DNA of 64,000 bases from Vampirovibrionales bacterium (GTDB taxonomy: Bacteria > Cyanobacteriota > Vampirovibrionia > Vampirovibrionales > Vampirovibrionaceae): NCBI GenBank assembly GCA_016712355.1, contig JADJRF010000005.1:2255819-2319818 (forward strand), in the 5' to 3' direction. Within the stretch, counting starts at the first letter, position 1; every line of letters starts with the position of its first letter. A program made the translations under genes and the position numbers. The notes under the pieces were generated by a model. The model saw only the letters and a program-made list of their open reading frames with translations. It was not told where the DNA came from and did not search any database. Shown here in pieces: positions 37,671 to 49,300 of the stretch.

Positions 37671-38462
37671 ATGTGGGCGCGTTCGCCTTCTTATCGATAT
37701 GCGCCGTTTTTTATGGCGCTGCTCACCAACATCAGCCTGTTCAGCACGCTGATGGACGCGCTGTATTCGGATTCTCAAGCCAAAGTCCGCGCCTGGGCCA
37801 GTCATTTCAGTAAGTATTGGTTTCCGGTCCTGATGACGCGGGTCATACGCCGCATGGCGAGCGAGAAAAAGCCCGGCGCCGAGACGGATGCGCAGGGCGA
37901 AGCGGCCGTTGCCCTGATCGACCGCCTGCTGAGCATGCTCCAGGCGCTGGATCCCGCGACGCCCAAGCCGTATGAAGCGGGCATAGGCCGCGTGGACGGG
38001 GCGTTCTTAAACGAATCGGGCGATGACGATGACCTCATGAGCGGCCCACAGGTCCACTGGGAGGCCGTCCCATCACAATGGGGCGAGCCCGCTCCCAATC
38101 CACGCGCCCTTGCGGAAAAATCCCCGAATTTTCCGCGCCTGCGCTGGATGGATCTGCTTCAGCGCCAGCGTATTCTGCTCAGCAACCCGGCATGGGGCGG
38201 CGCCCAGTATGAGGGCTGGTGGCGCGACGCCGACATTCGCCCCGAACGTCTCGACGATATCGCCCGCGCGTTGCAGCCACGACCACGGCCTCAGGCGCTA
38301 CCCGACCCGAAAAGCGATGATCCCTTGCCGCCAGAATCAGCGCCAGAAAAGAGAATTCTCACGATCAGCGATCGTGATCACCGCGTCCTGAAGCAGTTAC
38401 AGAACGATCTCCAAAGCCGGGAACCGCGCCGCGTCGCGGACGACAGTCGTCATCCGCCTTAA
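37671..38462 (+). CDS. hypothetical protein (263 aa), Pro/Arg-rich C-terminal half
   Basis: Long ORF after a sigma70-like promoter and before a bidirectional terminator. No recognisable domain. The start is uncertain. Confidence 0.4.
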   Translation: MWARSPSYRYAPFFMALLTNISLFSTLMDALYSDSQAKVRAWASHFSKYWFPVLMTRVIRRMASEKKPGAETDAQGEAAVALIDRLLSMLQALDPATPKPYEAGIGRVDGAFLNESGDDDDLMSGPQVHWEAVPSQWGEPAPNPRALAEKSPNFPRLRWMDLLQRQRILLSNPAWGGAQYEGWWRDADIRPERLDDIARALQPRPRPQALPDPKSDDPLPPESAPEKRILTISDRDHRVLKQLQNDLQSREPRRVADDSRHPP

Positions 38463-38573
38463 AGCGACGGCTGGATTCCCCCTGTCGATTCCCTTGAGAC
38501 GCCGGGCGTCCTTGCTGGCGCGCGCAAACGCAGCCTGAGCCTCTCGTTTCCCCCGGTCCCCATTAAAAACAGG

Positions 38574-38612
38574 AAAAAGGCGACGTCGAAGCAACGACAT
38601 CGCCTTTTTCTT
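38574..38612. terminator. bidirectional intrinsic terminator
   Basis: GGCGACGTCG - aagcaa - CGACATCGCC stem (one mismatch), flanked by A5 on the 5' side and T5 on the 3' side. This gives a U tract on either strand. It lies between the convergent ORFs ending at 38462 (+) and 38636 (-). Confidence 0.5.
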
Positions 38613-38635
38613 GTATTCAGTTGTTCGCGCCGTTC

Positions 38636-38842
38636 TTAGGTGTCCGCGAGCGGCTGCCACACGGGAGGCTGGGGTAGCAGGCCGTTTAAAACGTCCTCCA
38701 TGACGGTTTCTTGTGAAAAGCTTTCGAGATAATCGTATAATTCGCGGCCCGTCATCTGGCGATTCCAGCGCGGGGCCTTGCGAGCGCTGTATTTTCCTTG
38801 GGTGTCGAAGGCGTCGAATTTCTCATGACGACGTTTGCCCAT
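38636..38842 (-). CDS. hypothetical small protein (68 aa)
   Basis: Met chosen because of a strong SD (AAGGAGG, 5 nt spacer) at 38848-38854. The sequence is MGKRRHEKFDAFDTQGKYSARKAPRWNRQMTGRELYDYLESF... It ends just before the bidirectional terminator. Confidence 0.45.
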   Translation of the reverse strand: MGKRRHEKFDAFDTQGKYSARKAPRWNRQMTGRELYDYLESFSQETVMEDVLNGLLPQPPVWQPLADT

Positions 38843-39168
38843 TGTTTCCTCCTTAAACACGAATCGGGTAGAGAATCAGATCTAAAAGCGTGGGGACTGT
38901 ATCGCTAGCGGAACCCTCCATTGAATTATCACGACGCAAAAGCCTGAAAGCCAGGCGAGGCAAACGCGCACGGAACACATGAACGCGCATTCCACGCCTT
39001 CAGCAGGCATGACAGATGCGCGCGCCGTCACAGCGCGTAATTGAAGCGTTTAAGCTGAATCGTACATTCTGCTTCCCGCGGATCTTATGTTGCTCTGACC
39101 TGCACTGGACGCGGCTGGGGAAGGGACGATTTAGCAGGGTATCAGAGCCCTTCTCTATAATATATTAA

Positions 39169-40617
<1,449 letters not shown>

Positions 40618-40628
40618 CGCATCGCGCA

Positions 40629-41888
40629 ATGACGCCGCATCCCGCGCCACCCGAATCGGTCGGCCTTAGCGAGAAACGCTATTTCACCTTCGCCTCGGCG
40701 GAAAGCCCCATGCGGCTGGAATCCGGCGCGACGCTGGGGCCGGTTACGCTTGCCTACGAGACGTTTGGCGAACCCAATGAAGCGCGCGACAACGCTATCC
40801 TGATTCTACATGCGTTGACGGGCGATTCGCACGCGGCGGGCTTCTATACCCGAGACGATCGCAAGCCTGGCTGGTGGGACAATATGATCGGTCCCGGTAA
40901 GGCCTTCGATACGCGCCGTTACTGGGTCATTTGCGCCAACGCGATTGGCGGGTGCCAGGGTTCCACGGGCCCTTCGTCGATGAATCCGGCCACGGGCGCG
41001 TCCTATGGGGCGACCTTCCCGATGGTAACCATCGGCGATATCGTCGACACGCAGCATGCGCTCATGACGCATCTGGGTATTACGCAGTGGCACTCGCTGG
41101 CCGGCGGATCCCTAGGCGGATTTCAGGCGCTGGAGTGGATGCTGCGCTACCCGCAAGCGGTCGCCTCGGCGATTTGCGTCGCCAGCGCGGCGCGCTTATC
41201 GGCGCAGGGGATCGCGTTCAATGCGGTAGGGCGTCATGCCATCATCAACGACCCGAACTGGCGCGAGGGCGCGTATTACGAGACCGGCCCCGGCCCGGAT
41301 ATCGGTCTGGCGACGGCGCGCATGCTCGGGCATATTACCTACCTGTCGGAACTATCGCTGGAGCGCAAATTCGGACGCAAGCTCCAGTGGGCCGACCGCA
41401 TTCGTTACGACTTTGCCGCCGAATTCGCCGTTGAATCGTATTTACATCATCAGGGACAGCGTTTCATCGAGCGATTTGACGCCAACAGCTATCTATATCT
41501 CACCAAGGCGATGGACTACTTCGATTTACGCCAGAAGTACGGGCCTTTACAGGAAGCCTTCGCGCGAATTCAGGCCAGCGCGCTGGTCATCGCCTATAGC
41601 AGCGACTGGCTGTTTCCGGTGGAGCAGTCGCGCGAGATCGCCAACGCTTTGAAACAGAACCGCAAGGATGTTACGTTTGTGACGCTGGATTCCGACTACG
41701 GCCACGACGCCTTCCTGTTGGAAACCGCCCAAATGACGCGGCTGATTCAGTCGTTTCTGAACAAGGTCGAAACCGTCAAGCGCATGAAATCGGAGGCTTT
41801 TGCGGCCCATGGCGTCTCCCGCCCCCCCATCGTCTTTGAACCGCCCGGGCGCGGGAGTCGGTCCCAACGTCTTCCGTTCGGACTATGA
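40629..41888 (+). CDS. metX: homoserine O-acetyltransferase
   Basis: Alpha/beta-hydrolase with the catalytic Ser in GGSLGGFQALEW. LAYETFG near the N-terminus is typical MetX. It is followed by metW. Confidence 0.9.
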   Translation: MTPHPAPPESVGLSEKRYFTFASAESPMRLESGATLGPVTLAYETFGEPNEARDNAILILHALTGDSHAAGFYTRDDRKPGWWDNMIGPGKAFDTRRYWVICANAIGGCQGSTGPSSMNPATGASYGATFPMVTIGDIVDTQHALMTHLGITQWHSLAGGSLGGFQALEWMLRYPQAVASAICVASAARLSAQGIAFNAVGRHAIINDPNWREGAYYETGPGPDIGLATARMLGHITYLSELSLERKFGRKLQWADRIRYDFAAEFAVESYLHHQGQRFIERFDANSYLYLTKAMDYFDLRQKYGPLQEAFARIQASALVIAYSSDWLFPVEQSREIANALKQNRKDVTFVTLDSDYGHDAFLLETAQMTRLIQSFLNKVETVKRMKSEAFAAHGVSRPPIVFEPPGRGSRSQRLPFGL

Positions 41889-42480
41889 CCGCATTCTCGC
41901 GCTGATTCCACCCCAGGCGCAGGTATTGGACCTGGGCTGCGGCGACGGCCAACTCCTGCGCCGTCTGACCCACGAGAGAAACGCGCAGGCCTGTGGCGTC
42001 GAACTCAACGAAGAAAACGTCATCCGTTGCGTCGAGCAAGGATTATCGGCCTATCAATCGAATATCGACGAGGGGCTCGCCGAATATCCTGACGGGGCCT
42101 TTGATTTCGTCATCCTCAACCAGACCCTGCAAGTGCTGACCCGCCCCCGCGAGGTGATGCTGGAAATGCTGCGCGTCGGGCGCTACGGCGTGGTCAGCTT
42201 CCCCAATTTTGCTCACTGGCGCATTCGTCTGAGCTTTCTGTCGCGCGGACGCATGCCCAAGTCGGACGTTTTGCCGTTCTCGTGGTACGACACGCCCAAT
42301 ATTCACCTGTGTACGATGCTCGACTTCTTTGATCTGTGCGCCCAGGAAGGCATTGAGGTCATCCACGGCGAGTATCTGATTGGCGGCCACTGGCGCATGG
42401 GGACGCTTGCCCAGCGCTCAGCCAATGTGCTGGCCGCGTCGGGGCTTTTCGTCATCACGCGCCCTACGCCCGCGCGGTAA
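41800..42480 (+). CDS. metW: methionine biosynthesis protein MetW (SAM-methyltransferase fold)
   Basis: Has VLDLGCGDGQLL (SAM-binding motif I). Size and position after metX fit MetW. The annotated start overlaps metX by 88 bp, and the true start may be further downstream. Confidence 0.8.
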   Translation: MRPMASPAPPSSLNRPGAGVGPNVFRSDYDRILALIPPQAQVLDLGCGDGQLLRRLTHERNAQACGVELNEENVIRCVEQGLSAYQSNIDEGLAEYPDGAFDFVILNQTLQVLTRPREVMLEMLRVGRYGVVSFPNFAHWRIRLSFLSRGRMPKSDVLPFSWYDTPNIHLCTMLDFFDLCAQEGIEVIHGEYLIGGHWRMGTLAQRSANVLAASGLFVITRPTPAR

Positions 42481-42523
42481 CCCGCCCCCCAGACGCCGCA
42501 GGCCCTGCGGCGAGGACCTCCCC

Positions 42524-42553
42524 TTGTCAGCGCCTGTGGCTTTCGATCATAAT
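42524..42553 (+). promoter_or_regulatory. candidate sigma70 promoter for tRNA-Pro (TTGTCA - 18 nt - CATAAT)
   Basis: -35 TTGTCA at 42524-42529, an 18-nt spacer, and -10 CATAAT at 42548-42553, 45 nt before the mature tRNA 5' end. Confidence 0.4.
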
Positions 42554-42598
42554 AGAGGCTTCGAGACCCCCCCGCTTTTTCTGGACGCTTTGTCACGA

Positions 42599-42672
<74 letters not shown>

Positions 42673-42673
42673 T

Positions 42674-42708
42674 AAAAGGCTCCCTGTTTGATGCAGGGAG
42701 CCTTTTAC
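42674..42708. terminator. bidirectional rho-independent terminator
   Basis: AAAAGGCTCCCTG - tttgatg - CAGGGAGCCTTTT is a perfect 13-bp stem with A-rich and T-rich flanks. It serves tRNA-Pro (+) and the convergent gene ending at 42733 (-). Confidence 0.75.
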
Positions 42709-42732
42709 CATAGAGCGGAAAAACTGGCAGCC

Positions 42733-43152
42733 TTAGTGCGAGGCGATTTTTGCGGGCTCGGGCGGCAGATCGTCGGCGAGTTGCGGCGCGTCGGCGTCGC
42801 TTTGGGTATAGGTGCAGCGGGCATAGACGCCTTTCATCGAGCAGTCGACCGCGCCCAGGCGCTCATCGAAGGGGCCGACGTTGTACGGATCGCGATAATC
42901 GAAGGGAACGACCGCAATACGCACGCGGGTTTGATTGGAAACCTCGCCGTACTGCACCGCCCCGGACTTCTCCACAGCGGGATCGCTGATGAGTTCAAGC
43001 GGCTCCAGCCCGGAGACAATGGCAATATCGGCAGACGAGGCATCCGCAGGCGTTAAAGCCACACTCCAGACGTCAGCAGGAAGCAGCAGAGCGCTTAAAC
43101 ACAGCACAGCCGTCAGAAATCGAGACAGAGATAGACGCATCACGCAACACAT
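42733..43152 (-). CDS. hypothetical exported protein
   Basis: Signal peptide (MRLSLSRFLTAVLCLSALLLPADVWSVA) with two Cys in the mature part. No recognisable domain. The start is probably the internal Met at about 43137. Confidence 0.4.
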   Translation of the reverse strand: MCCVMRLSLSRFLTAVLCLSALLLPADVWSVALTPADASSADIAIVSGLEPLELISDPAVEKSGAVQYGEVSNQTRVRIAVVPFDYRDPYNVGPFDERLGAVDCSMKGVYARCTYTQSDADAPQLADDLPPEPAKIASH

Positions 43153-43214
43153 CCCTCATTGGGGGTCGTGAATGGCCTATCGGCGCCGACGGAGAAAAAT
43201 TGAATATTAAATTT

Positions 43215-44336
43215 TTACGAGGAAGGCGTCAATGCTTGCGGCGAGCGGGCGTCTGGGGTAACGATACGGGCAGCCCGGCGACGCTCGGCAGTCTCCAGCT
43301 TTCGGAATTCTTCAACGTTGGAAGAAAAGCGCAGCATCAGCAGCCCCAGGGTCAAGGCCAGCAGGCCGCCCAACAGCAGCAGGTACGACCCTAACAGATG
43401 CAGATAATAGGTCGCAGCCATCCCCGTGACGGCGCAGACGGCGTATAACAGGCCGACAATGCGCACCTGCGTTAGCCCCGCGTCGAGCAGTTTATGGTGA
43501 ATATGCCCAGCGTCCGCAATAAATGGATTACGCCCCTTAAAAACCCGCCGCAGTGTGGAATAGGCGACATCCAGAATCGGGACGGCCAGAATCGCCACGG
43601 GCGCGACGACGACGACGACCGGGGTTTTCATCACCCCTGTCACCGCGATGCTGGCCAACACGAAGCCGCAGAAGAGCGACCCGCTGTCGCCCATAAAAAT
43701 CCGCGCGGGAAAGAAGTTGTAGACCAGAAAACCCAGCGTGGCCCCGGCCAGCAACGCCGCCATTACAGCCGCGATTGGCTGATGCGTAAATCCGGCGGCA
43801 ACAGCCATCGTCACGGCGGAAATCGTCGCGACGCCGCCCGCCAGACCGTCTACGCCATCGATAAAATTCATGGCGTTGGCAATGCCCACCAGCCACAGCA
43901 CGGTCACCGGCAGACTAAAGGCATGCAGCAACAGGACAACGTTTCCGGGCAGATCAATGGTCTGAATCTGCACCCCGAGATAAAAAGCGGCGCAGGCGGC
44001 AGCAATCTGACCGGCAAACTTGACATACGGCGACAAGTTGAAACGATCGTCCAGCACGCCCACGCAAAACATCAGCGTTGCGCCTGTGAGGATGCCGAAC
44101 ATGCTGGCCCCGTGCGGATAGCCGCCCGACAGCAGCATCAGGATGAGGATGGCAATCATGTAGGCCATCCAGATCGCCACGCCGCCAAAACGCGGTACGG
44201 GCGTCTGGTGAATTTTACGTTCGCCGGGCTGATCGACCAGACCCAGACGCAAGGCGGTCCGCGCAACAAGAGGCGCCAGAATCAGCGCCAGCGTCAGGGC
44301 GAGCAGAAACCCCGTCAGTTGCAAGTCGGTAAACAC
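43215..44336 (-). CDS. glycosyltransferase family 4 polyprenyl-phosphate N-acetylhexosamine-1-phosphate transferase (WecA/WbpL/MraY superfamily)
   Basis: 373 aa with about 10-11 TM. It has the DDxxD-type motif (VLDDRFNL), the NAMNFIDGVDGLAGG motif, and the HIHHKLL C-terminal motif characteristic of WecA-like enzymes. Confidence 0.8.
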   Translation of the reverse strand: MFTDLQLTGFLLALTLALILAPLVARTALRLGLVDQPGERKIHQTPVPRFGGVAIWMAYMIAILILMLLSGGYPHGASMFGILTGATLMFCVGVLDDRFNLSPYVKFAGQIAAACAAFYLGVQIQTIDLPGNVVLLLHAFSLPVTVLWLVGIANAMNFIDGVDGLAGGVATISAVTMAVAAGFTHQPIAAVMAALLAGATLGFLVYNFFPARIFMGDSGSLFCGFVLASIAVTGVMKTPVVVVVAPVAILAVPILDVAYSTLRRVFKGRNPFIADAGHIHHKLLDAGLTQVRIVGLLYAVCAVTGMAATYYLHLLGSYLLLLGGLLALTLGLLMLRFSSNVEEFRKLETAERRRAARIVTPDARSPQALTPSS

Positions 44337-44375
44337 GTGAGGGACGATAGCGGCGGTCTCCTGTAAGTGGGCGGC

Positions 44376-45641
44376 CTAGACGACAGCGGCCGACGCAGAG
44401 AGTTCCGGGTACAGCGGGAATCGTTGCGCCAGCGCCGCCACGGCCTGAGCGAGCTGGGATTCGTCATACGCCGGCTTCAAGGAGCGCGCAATAATCGCGC
44501 CGATCTGGGCCATGGCGTCGACGTCGAAGCCACGGGTCGTGAGCGCGGGCGTCCCCAAACGGATGCCGCTGGTAACAAAGGGGCTTTGCGGGTCATCGGG
44601 GACGGTATTCTTGTTGGCGGTGATGCCGATGGCTTCAAGGCGGGCCTGAGCCTCTTTACCGGTGAGATTGAGGCGGCGCAGATCCAGCACCATCAAGTGA
44701 TTGTCGGTACCGCCGCTGAGCAGATCGACGCCATCGGCGCTTAGTGCGGCGGCCAGCGCCCTGGCATTGGCAATCACGGCGGCGGAGTAGGCATTGAAGG
44801 CCGGAGAGAGGATTTCCTGAAACGCAACAGCCTTGGCGGCAATCACATGCATCAGCGGGCCGCCCTGAATGCCGGGGAAGACGGCCTTATCGACAGCCTT
44901 GGCGAGATCCGCCTGACACATGACGATACCGCCGCGCGGACCGCGTAAGGTCTTGTGCGTCGTAGTGGTCACCAACTGGCAATGCGGGAACGGGCTCGGG
45001 TGATGGCCTGTGGCCACCAGACCGGCAATATGGGCGATATCGGCCAGCAAGAGCGCGCCCGCTTCATCGGCAATGGCGCGGAAGGCGGGGAAGTCGAGCG
45101 TACGGGCGTAGGCGCTCGCGCCGCAGATGATCAGCCTGGGACGATGTTCCAGCGCCAGTTGGCGCACAGCGTCGTAATCGATGCGCCCTGTTTGCGGATT
45201 CACGCCGTAAGGCACAATGTTGAAAAACAGACCGGAGAAATTCACCGGCGAGCCATGGGTTAAATGGCCGCCATGAGAGAGGTTCATGCCCAGAATGGTA
45301 TCGCCGGCCTGAAGCCCGGCGGCGAGAAAGGCCGCCATGTTGGCCTGAGCGCCACTGTGAGGCTGAACATTGACATGATCGCAGCCAAAAATACGTTTGG
45401 CGCGTTCGATTGCCAGAACTTCCACCTCGTCGACAAACTCGCATCCGCCATAATAGCGTTTATGGGGCAGGCCTTCGGCGTATTTGTTGGTGAGAACCGT
45501 TCCCATGGCCTGCATCACCGCCATGCTGGTGAAGTTCTCGCTGGCGATCATCTCCAGCGTTTGCTGCTCGCGCGCCAGTTCACGCAGAATCAGCGCGTGA
45601 ATGTCGGGATCACAGCGGCGAAGGGCATCAAGATTCAACAT
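44376..45641 (-). CDS. glyA: serine hydroxymethyltransferase
   Basis: Trimmed to MLNLDALRR... at 45641. The PLP-lysine region is [15 protein letters not shown]. The N-terminus [11 protein letters not shown] is typical SHMT. Length is 421 aa. Confidence 0.9.
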   Translation of the reverse strand: MLNLDALRRCDPDIHALILRELAREQQTLEMIASENFTSMAVMQAMGTVLTNKYAEGLPHKRYYGGCEFVDEVEVLAIERAKRIFGCDHVNVQPHSGAQANMAAFLAAGLQAGDTILGMNLSHGGHLTHGSPVNFSGLFFNIVPYGVNPQTGRIDYDAVRQLALEHRPRLIICGASAYARTLDFPAFRAIADEAGALLLADIAHIAGLVATGHHPSPFPHCQLVTTTTHKTLRGPRGGIVMCQADLAKAVDKAVFPGIQGGPLMHVIAAKAVAFQEILSPAFNAYSAAVIANARALAAALSADGVDLLSGGTDNHLMVLDLRRLNLTGKEAQARLEAIGITANKNTVPDDPQSPFVTSGIRLGTPALTTRGFDVDAMAQIGAIIARSLKPAYDESQLAQAVAALAQRFPLYPELSASAAVV

Positions 45642-46195
45642 GGCGAAAGGGCGTCTCCTTGCGGTCGTATCAGACAATCGAGCTGGGCGACGCGATCGGC
45701 GTGACGAGCGCCGTCGAAGTCCGTCGCCAGAAATACGTCGAGAATCTCCTGAGCCAGCGGCGCGGCGAGAAAACGCGCGCCCAGACACAAGACGTTGGCG
45801 TCGTTATGCTGGCGACTGAGTCGCGCAGTGGTCACGTCATGGGCGACTACGGCCCGCACGCCGTCAAATCGATTGGCGGCGATGCCCATCCCCACGCCGC
45901 TACCGCAGCACAGCACGCCCATGACGGTTTCGTCGGCCCCGGCCTGTAAAACCGCCTGCGCCACCCGCGCGGCGACCGGCGGGTAATCGACGGGCGCAGC
46001 GTCATAGCAGCCCATATCCTGAACTGCGACGTTTTGAGCCGTCAGGGCTTGAATCAGCGCCTGCTTGAGCGGGAATCCCGCATGATCGGCCCCGAAAACC
46101 ACCCGAATCGCCGCCCGGGAAAACCCCGCAGAAGCGCTGGGCGAGCCAGAATCTGACGGAAAAGCATCCTGAGGAGAAAAAGAAGCAGTCACCAC
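45635..46195 (-). CDS. rpiB: ribose-5-phosphate isomerase B (RpiB/LacAB family)
   Basis: The core [14 protein letters not shown]...[18 protein letters not shown] is typical RpiB. The ATG at 46195 has an AGGAGA SD 4-5 nt upstream and adds a Ser/Pro-rich extension of about 30 aa. An internal GTG at 46102 is an alternative start. Confidence 0.8.
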   Translation of the reverse strand: MVTASFSPQDAFPSDSGSPSASAGFSRAAIRVVFGADHAGFPLKQALIQALTAQNVAVQDMGCYDAAPVDYPPVAARVAQAVLQAGADETVMGVLCCGSGVGMGIAANRFDGVRAVVAHDVTTARLSRQHNDANVLCLGARFLAAPLAQEILDVFLATDFDGARHADRVAQLDCLIRPQGDALSPC

Positions 46196-46364
46196 GACTC
46201 TCCTGCCAATAACTACTGTGAAAAGAGGATCCGACCAACTCCCGCCAGTTTACCACAAGCGCCCTCGCCGCCCGCATTCTCGCGCCCACGGCGCAGGGCG
46301 CGCGCCCACGGCGGACCCTCAAGAAATTTGACCGGGCGCCGATAGCGTATCAGATGGGTGTGAT

Positions 46365-49300
46365 ATGGGTATTGCGCGCATGCCGCCTCCTTCGGAAAAC
46401 CGCATAGTCAGACGAGCCGGGAATCAACACCGGTATATTTGCCTGACCGCCAAAGGCGCACGCACCCTTCAGACCCACGAAGACGACCTGGTGGGATGGA
46501 TTGGACGCCTTTTCGGCGTCCTCAACGGCGGCCTGACTTGGGGAAAAGCCCTCAAACGCTTTGTGGGCGCGCTGCTGCTCTCGATGATGATTATGCAGCA
46601 GGTTCAGGCCCTTCCCACCGGCTGGCAGGTCGAGAGCGGCGACGTCAATTTCGAGGTCGTCAACGGCAATACGCTCAATATCACCAGCCAGAGCCAGCAG
46701 GCTATCGTCAATTACCAGAGCTTTCATATCGCCCAGGGAGAAAGCGTCAACTTCTTTCTGGGCAATAACTTCTCCTCTATTCTCAACCGGATTCTGGGCG
46801 GGGGGACGAGCTCGATTATGGGCAACCTCAGCGCCAATACCGGAACCGTCATTTTGACCAACCCGGCGGGCATTAACTTTGGCGCCACGGCCAACGTGAA
46901 CGTCGGGAGCCTGATTGCGTCCAGTCTGCATCTGTCCAGCGCCGACTACCTCGCCAATAACTGGACCTTCGGGCGGGTGGACGGGATGGGCCCCGGCGCG
47001 ATCCAGAACAGCGGCAACATCGCCGCGCAATCAGGCGGCTTTGTCGTCCTGTCGGGCGGGGCTGTCAGCAACAGCGGCAATATCTTTGCGCCTGATGGCG
47101 CGGTAAAACTCGCGGTCGGCGACCGAATCCGCCTGTCGATGAGTGGGCAGCAGGCGGTAGAAGTCACCATCGACCAGAGTCTGCTCAGCGCGATAGAGGG
47201 CCTGCGCGACGCGATCGGCAACACGGGCGTGATTGACGCTCATACCATTGAGCTTCAGGCCAAGCTGAGCGAAGCGCTTTATGAACGCACGATCAACAAT
47301 GAAGGCGTGATGCGTACCGTCAGCGCCACGCGCGAAGGCGCCAGCATCAAGGTCCTGGGCTACACGGATAATCAGCTCGCGCAGATCCGCAACGCCGGAA
47401 CCCTCGACGTAAGCGCCAACGCCGTCACGACATTTGACGGCGGCGAACTGACGATGGAAGGCGATCGGGTTGATAATACGGGCAACCTGCTGGCGCGCGG
47501 GGCCGACACGGGCCACGGCGGCCGTATTCACGCCTTGGGCGGACAGGTGGCGTTTCATGGAACCGCCATTGTAGATGCATCCGGCGGGACCGGCGGCGGC
47601 GAAGTGCTTATCGGCGGCGACTTCCAGGGCCAAAACCCCGCAATCCGCAATGCGCAGAAAACATGGGTGACCCGCGACGTTCAAATCAAGGCGGACGCCA
47701 CGCAACAGGGCGACGGCGGTAAAGTCATCGTCTGGGCGGATCAATCGACCCAATACTATGGCCATATCAGCGCCCAAGGCGGCGCACAAGGCGGCGACGG
47801 CGGCCTGGTAGAAGTCTCCGGCAAAGAAAACCTCGCCTTTATGGGCGACGTCGACACCCGCGCCGTCAACGGCGCCATGGGGACCGTCCTGCTGGATCCG
47901 ACGGATATCAACATCGTCGACGGCGCCGGGGCGGACGACGCGCAACTCAATGACGACCAGATTCTCGCCGCAGACGCGCCCGCCACCATGAACATCGGCG
48001 AAACCAAGCTGGAATCGATGGCCGCCACTTCCAACGTGGTGCTTCAGGCCAACAACAACATCACCGTAAACAACCTGACGGATAACACGCTGGGGCTGGC
48101 CGCCACCACCGGATCCATCACGCTGACCGCCGACGCCGACAACAGCGGGGCCGGGACGTTCTCGATGGCCGATACGGCCGACGTCATTCGCACAGAGGGC
48201 GGTAATATCACCATCAGCGGCGCGTCGGTCACGCTGGGCAAACTCAGCACCAAGGGCGCGGCGGGCGATAAAACCGGCGGCGCGATCAGCGTCAGTTCGC
48301 GCGATGCGCTCACTGCCAGCGGGACGATTGATACCGGCAACGGCGCCATTAGCCTCAATGCGGATTCTGACGGCAGCGGCGCCGGGACCCTCACCGTCAG
48401 CGCCAACGTCACCTCCGGCGGCGGCAACGTCACGCTCAAAGGCGATCAATTTGACCTGAATAACGCGCTCGACGCCGGAAGCGGCAGCGTGAGCATCACG
48501 GCCAGTAATAATATTCGTATTAACGTGGGCAACGCGACAGATAACGGCGACGGCGCCACGCTTTTTGACGTCTCCAACCCGGAACTCAACCGTATTACCG
48601 CCGCCAGCGTCACTATCGGCGATACCACCACCACCAACAACCAGCTCTATACGATGGGCGATCTGGATCTCTCTGGAAGCGGCGCCGGTAAATTCGCGCT
48701 CACCCTGCAGAATATGAACAAAATCAATCTGCAGAATAATATCACGCTGGGCGGTTATAACTTTACTGCCTACTCCAGCGCCGGCGACGTTCAACTGACC
48801 AGTAATAAAGACATCACCAAAACCACCGGGGGAGACGCGACGCTCACGTTCAAAGCTGCGGGCAATATTATTCTCAACGCGGCAGCAGGCGCAACCAGTG
48901 ACCTTACCTCCAGCAGCAATAAACTCAATGTCATTTTCAATTCGGATAGCGACGCTTCTGGCAGTGGGGCCATCTATTTAAATTATGTCAACCTCACCAG
49001 CAATAGCGGCAACGTAACCTTCGGCGGCGGCGCAGACCCCACCACAACAGCCGCCCGCGGAAACGCAACTTATTTCAATGGCGTCAACATCAGTCAGAGC
49101 GCCTTTACATTAGGCGCCGGCAATCTCGGCATTCGGGGCCAAGGCTATAGTATCGGTACGTCCGGCGCTCATCATGGGATTAATATTGACGGCACAACAC
49201 TTTCCAGCACCAGCGGAAATATGACCCTCGTCGGAACAGGCGGCACCGGCAATAGTAGCACCGGAAACCGCGGAATTCTAACCTCTTACCTCACACTCAC

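Noticed and set aside
46196-46364. Defined sigma70 promoter for tpsA2 (TTGACC at 46328)
   Set aside because: A good -35 hexamer exists, but no acceptable -10 at 16-18 nt. The true translation start of tpsA2 is itself uncertain, so it is left as a note rather than a feature.
47031-48794. 587-aa minus-strand ORF inside the 5' part of tpsA2
   Set aside because: It is antisense to the TPS-domain/shaft coding region. It is open only because GC-rich antisense frames lack stops.
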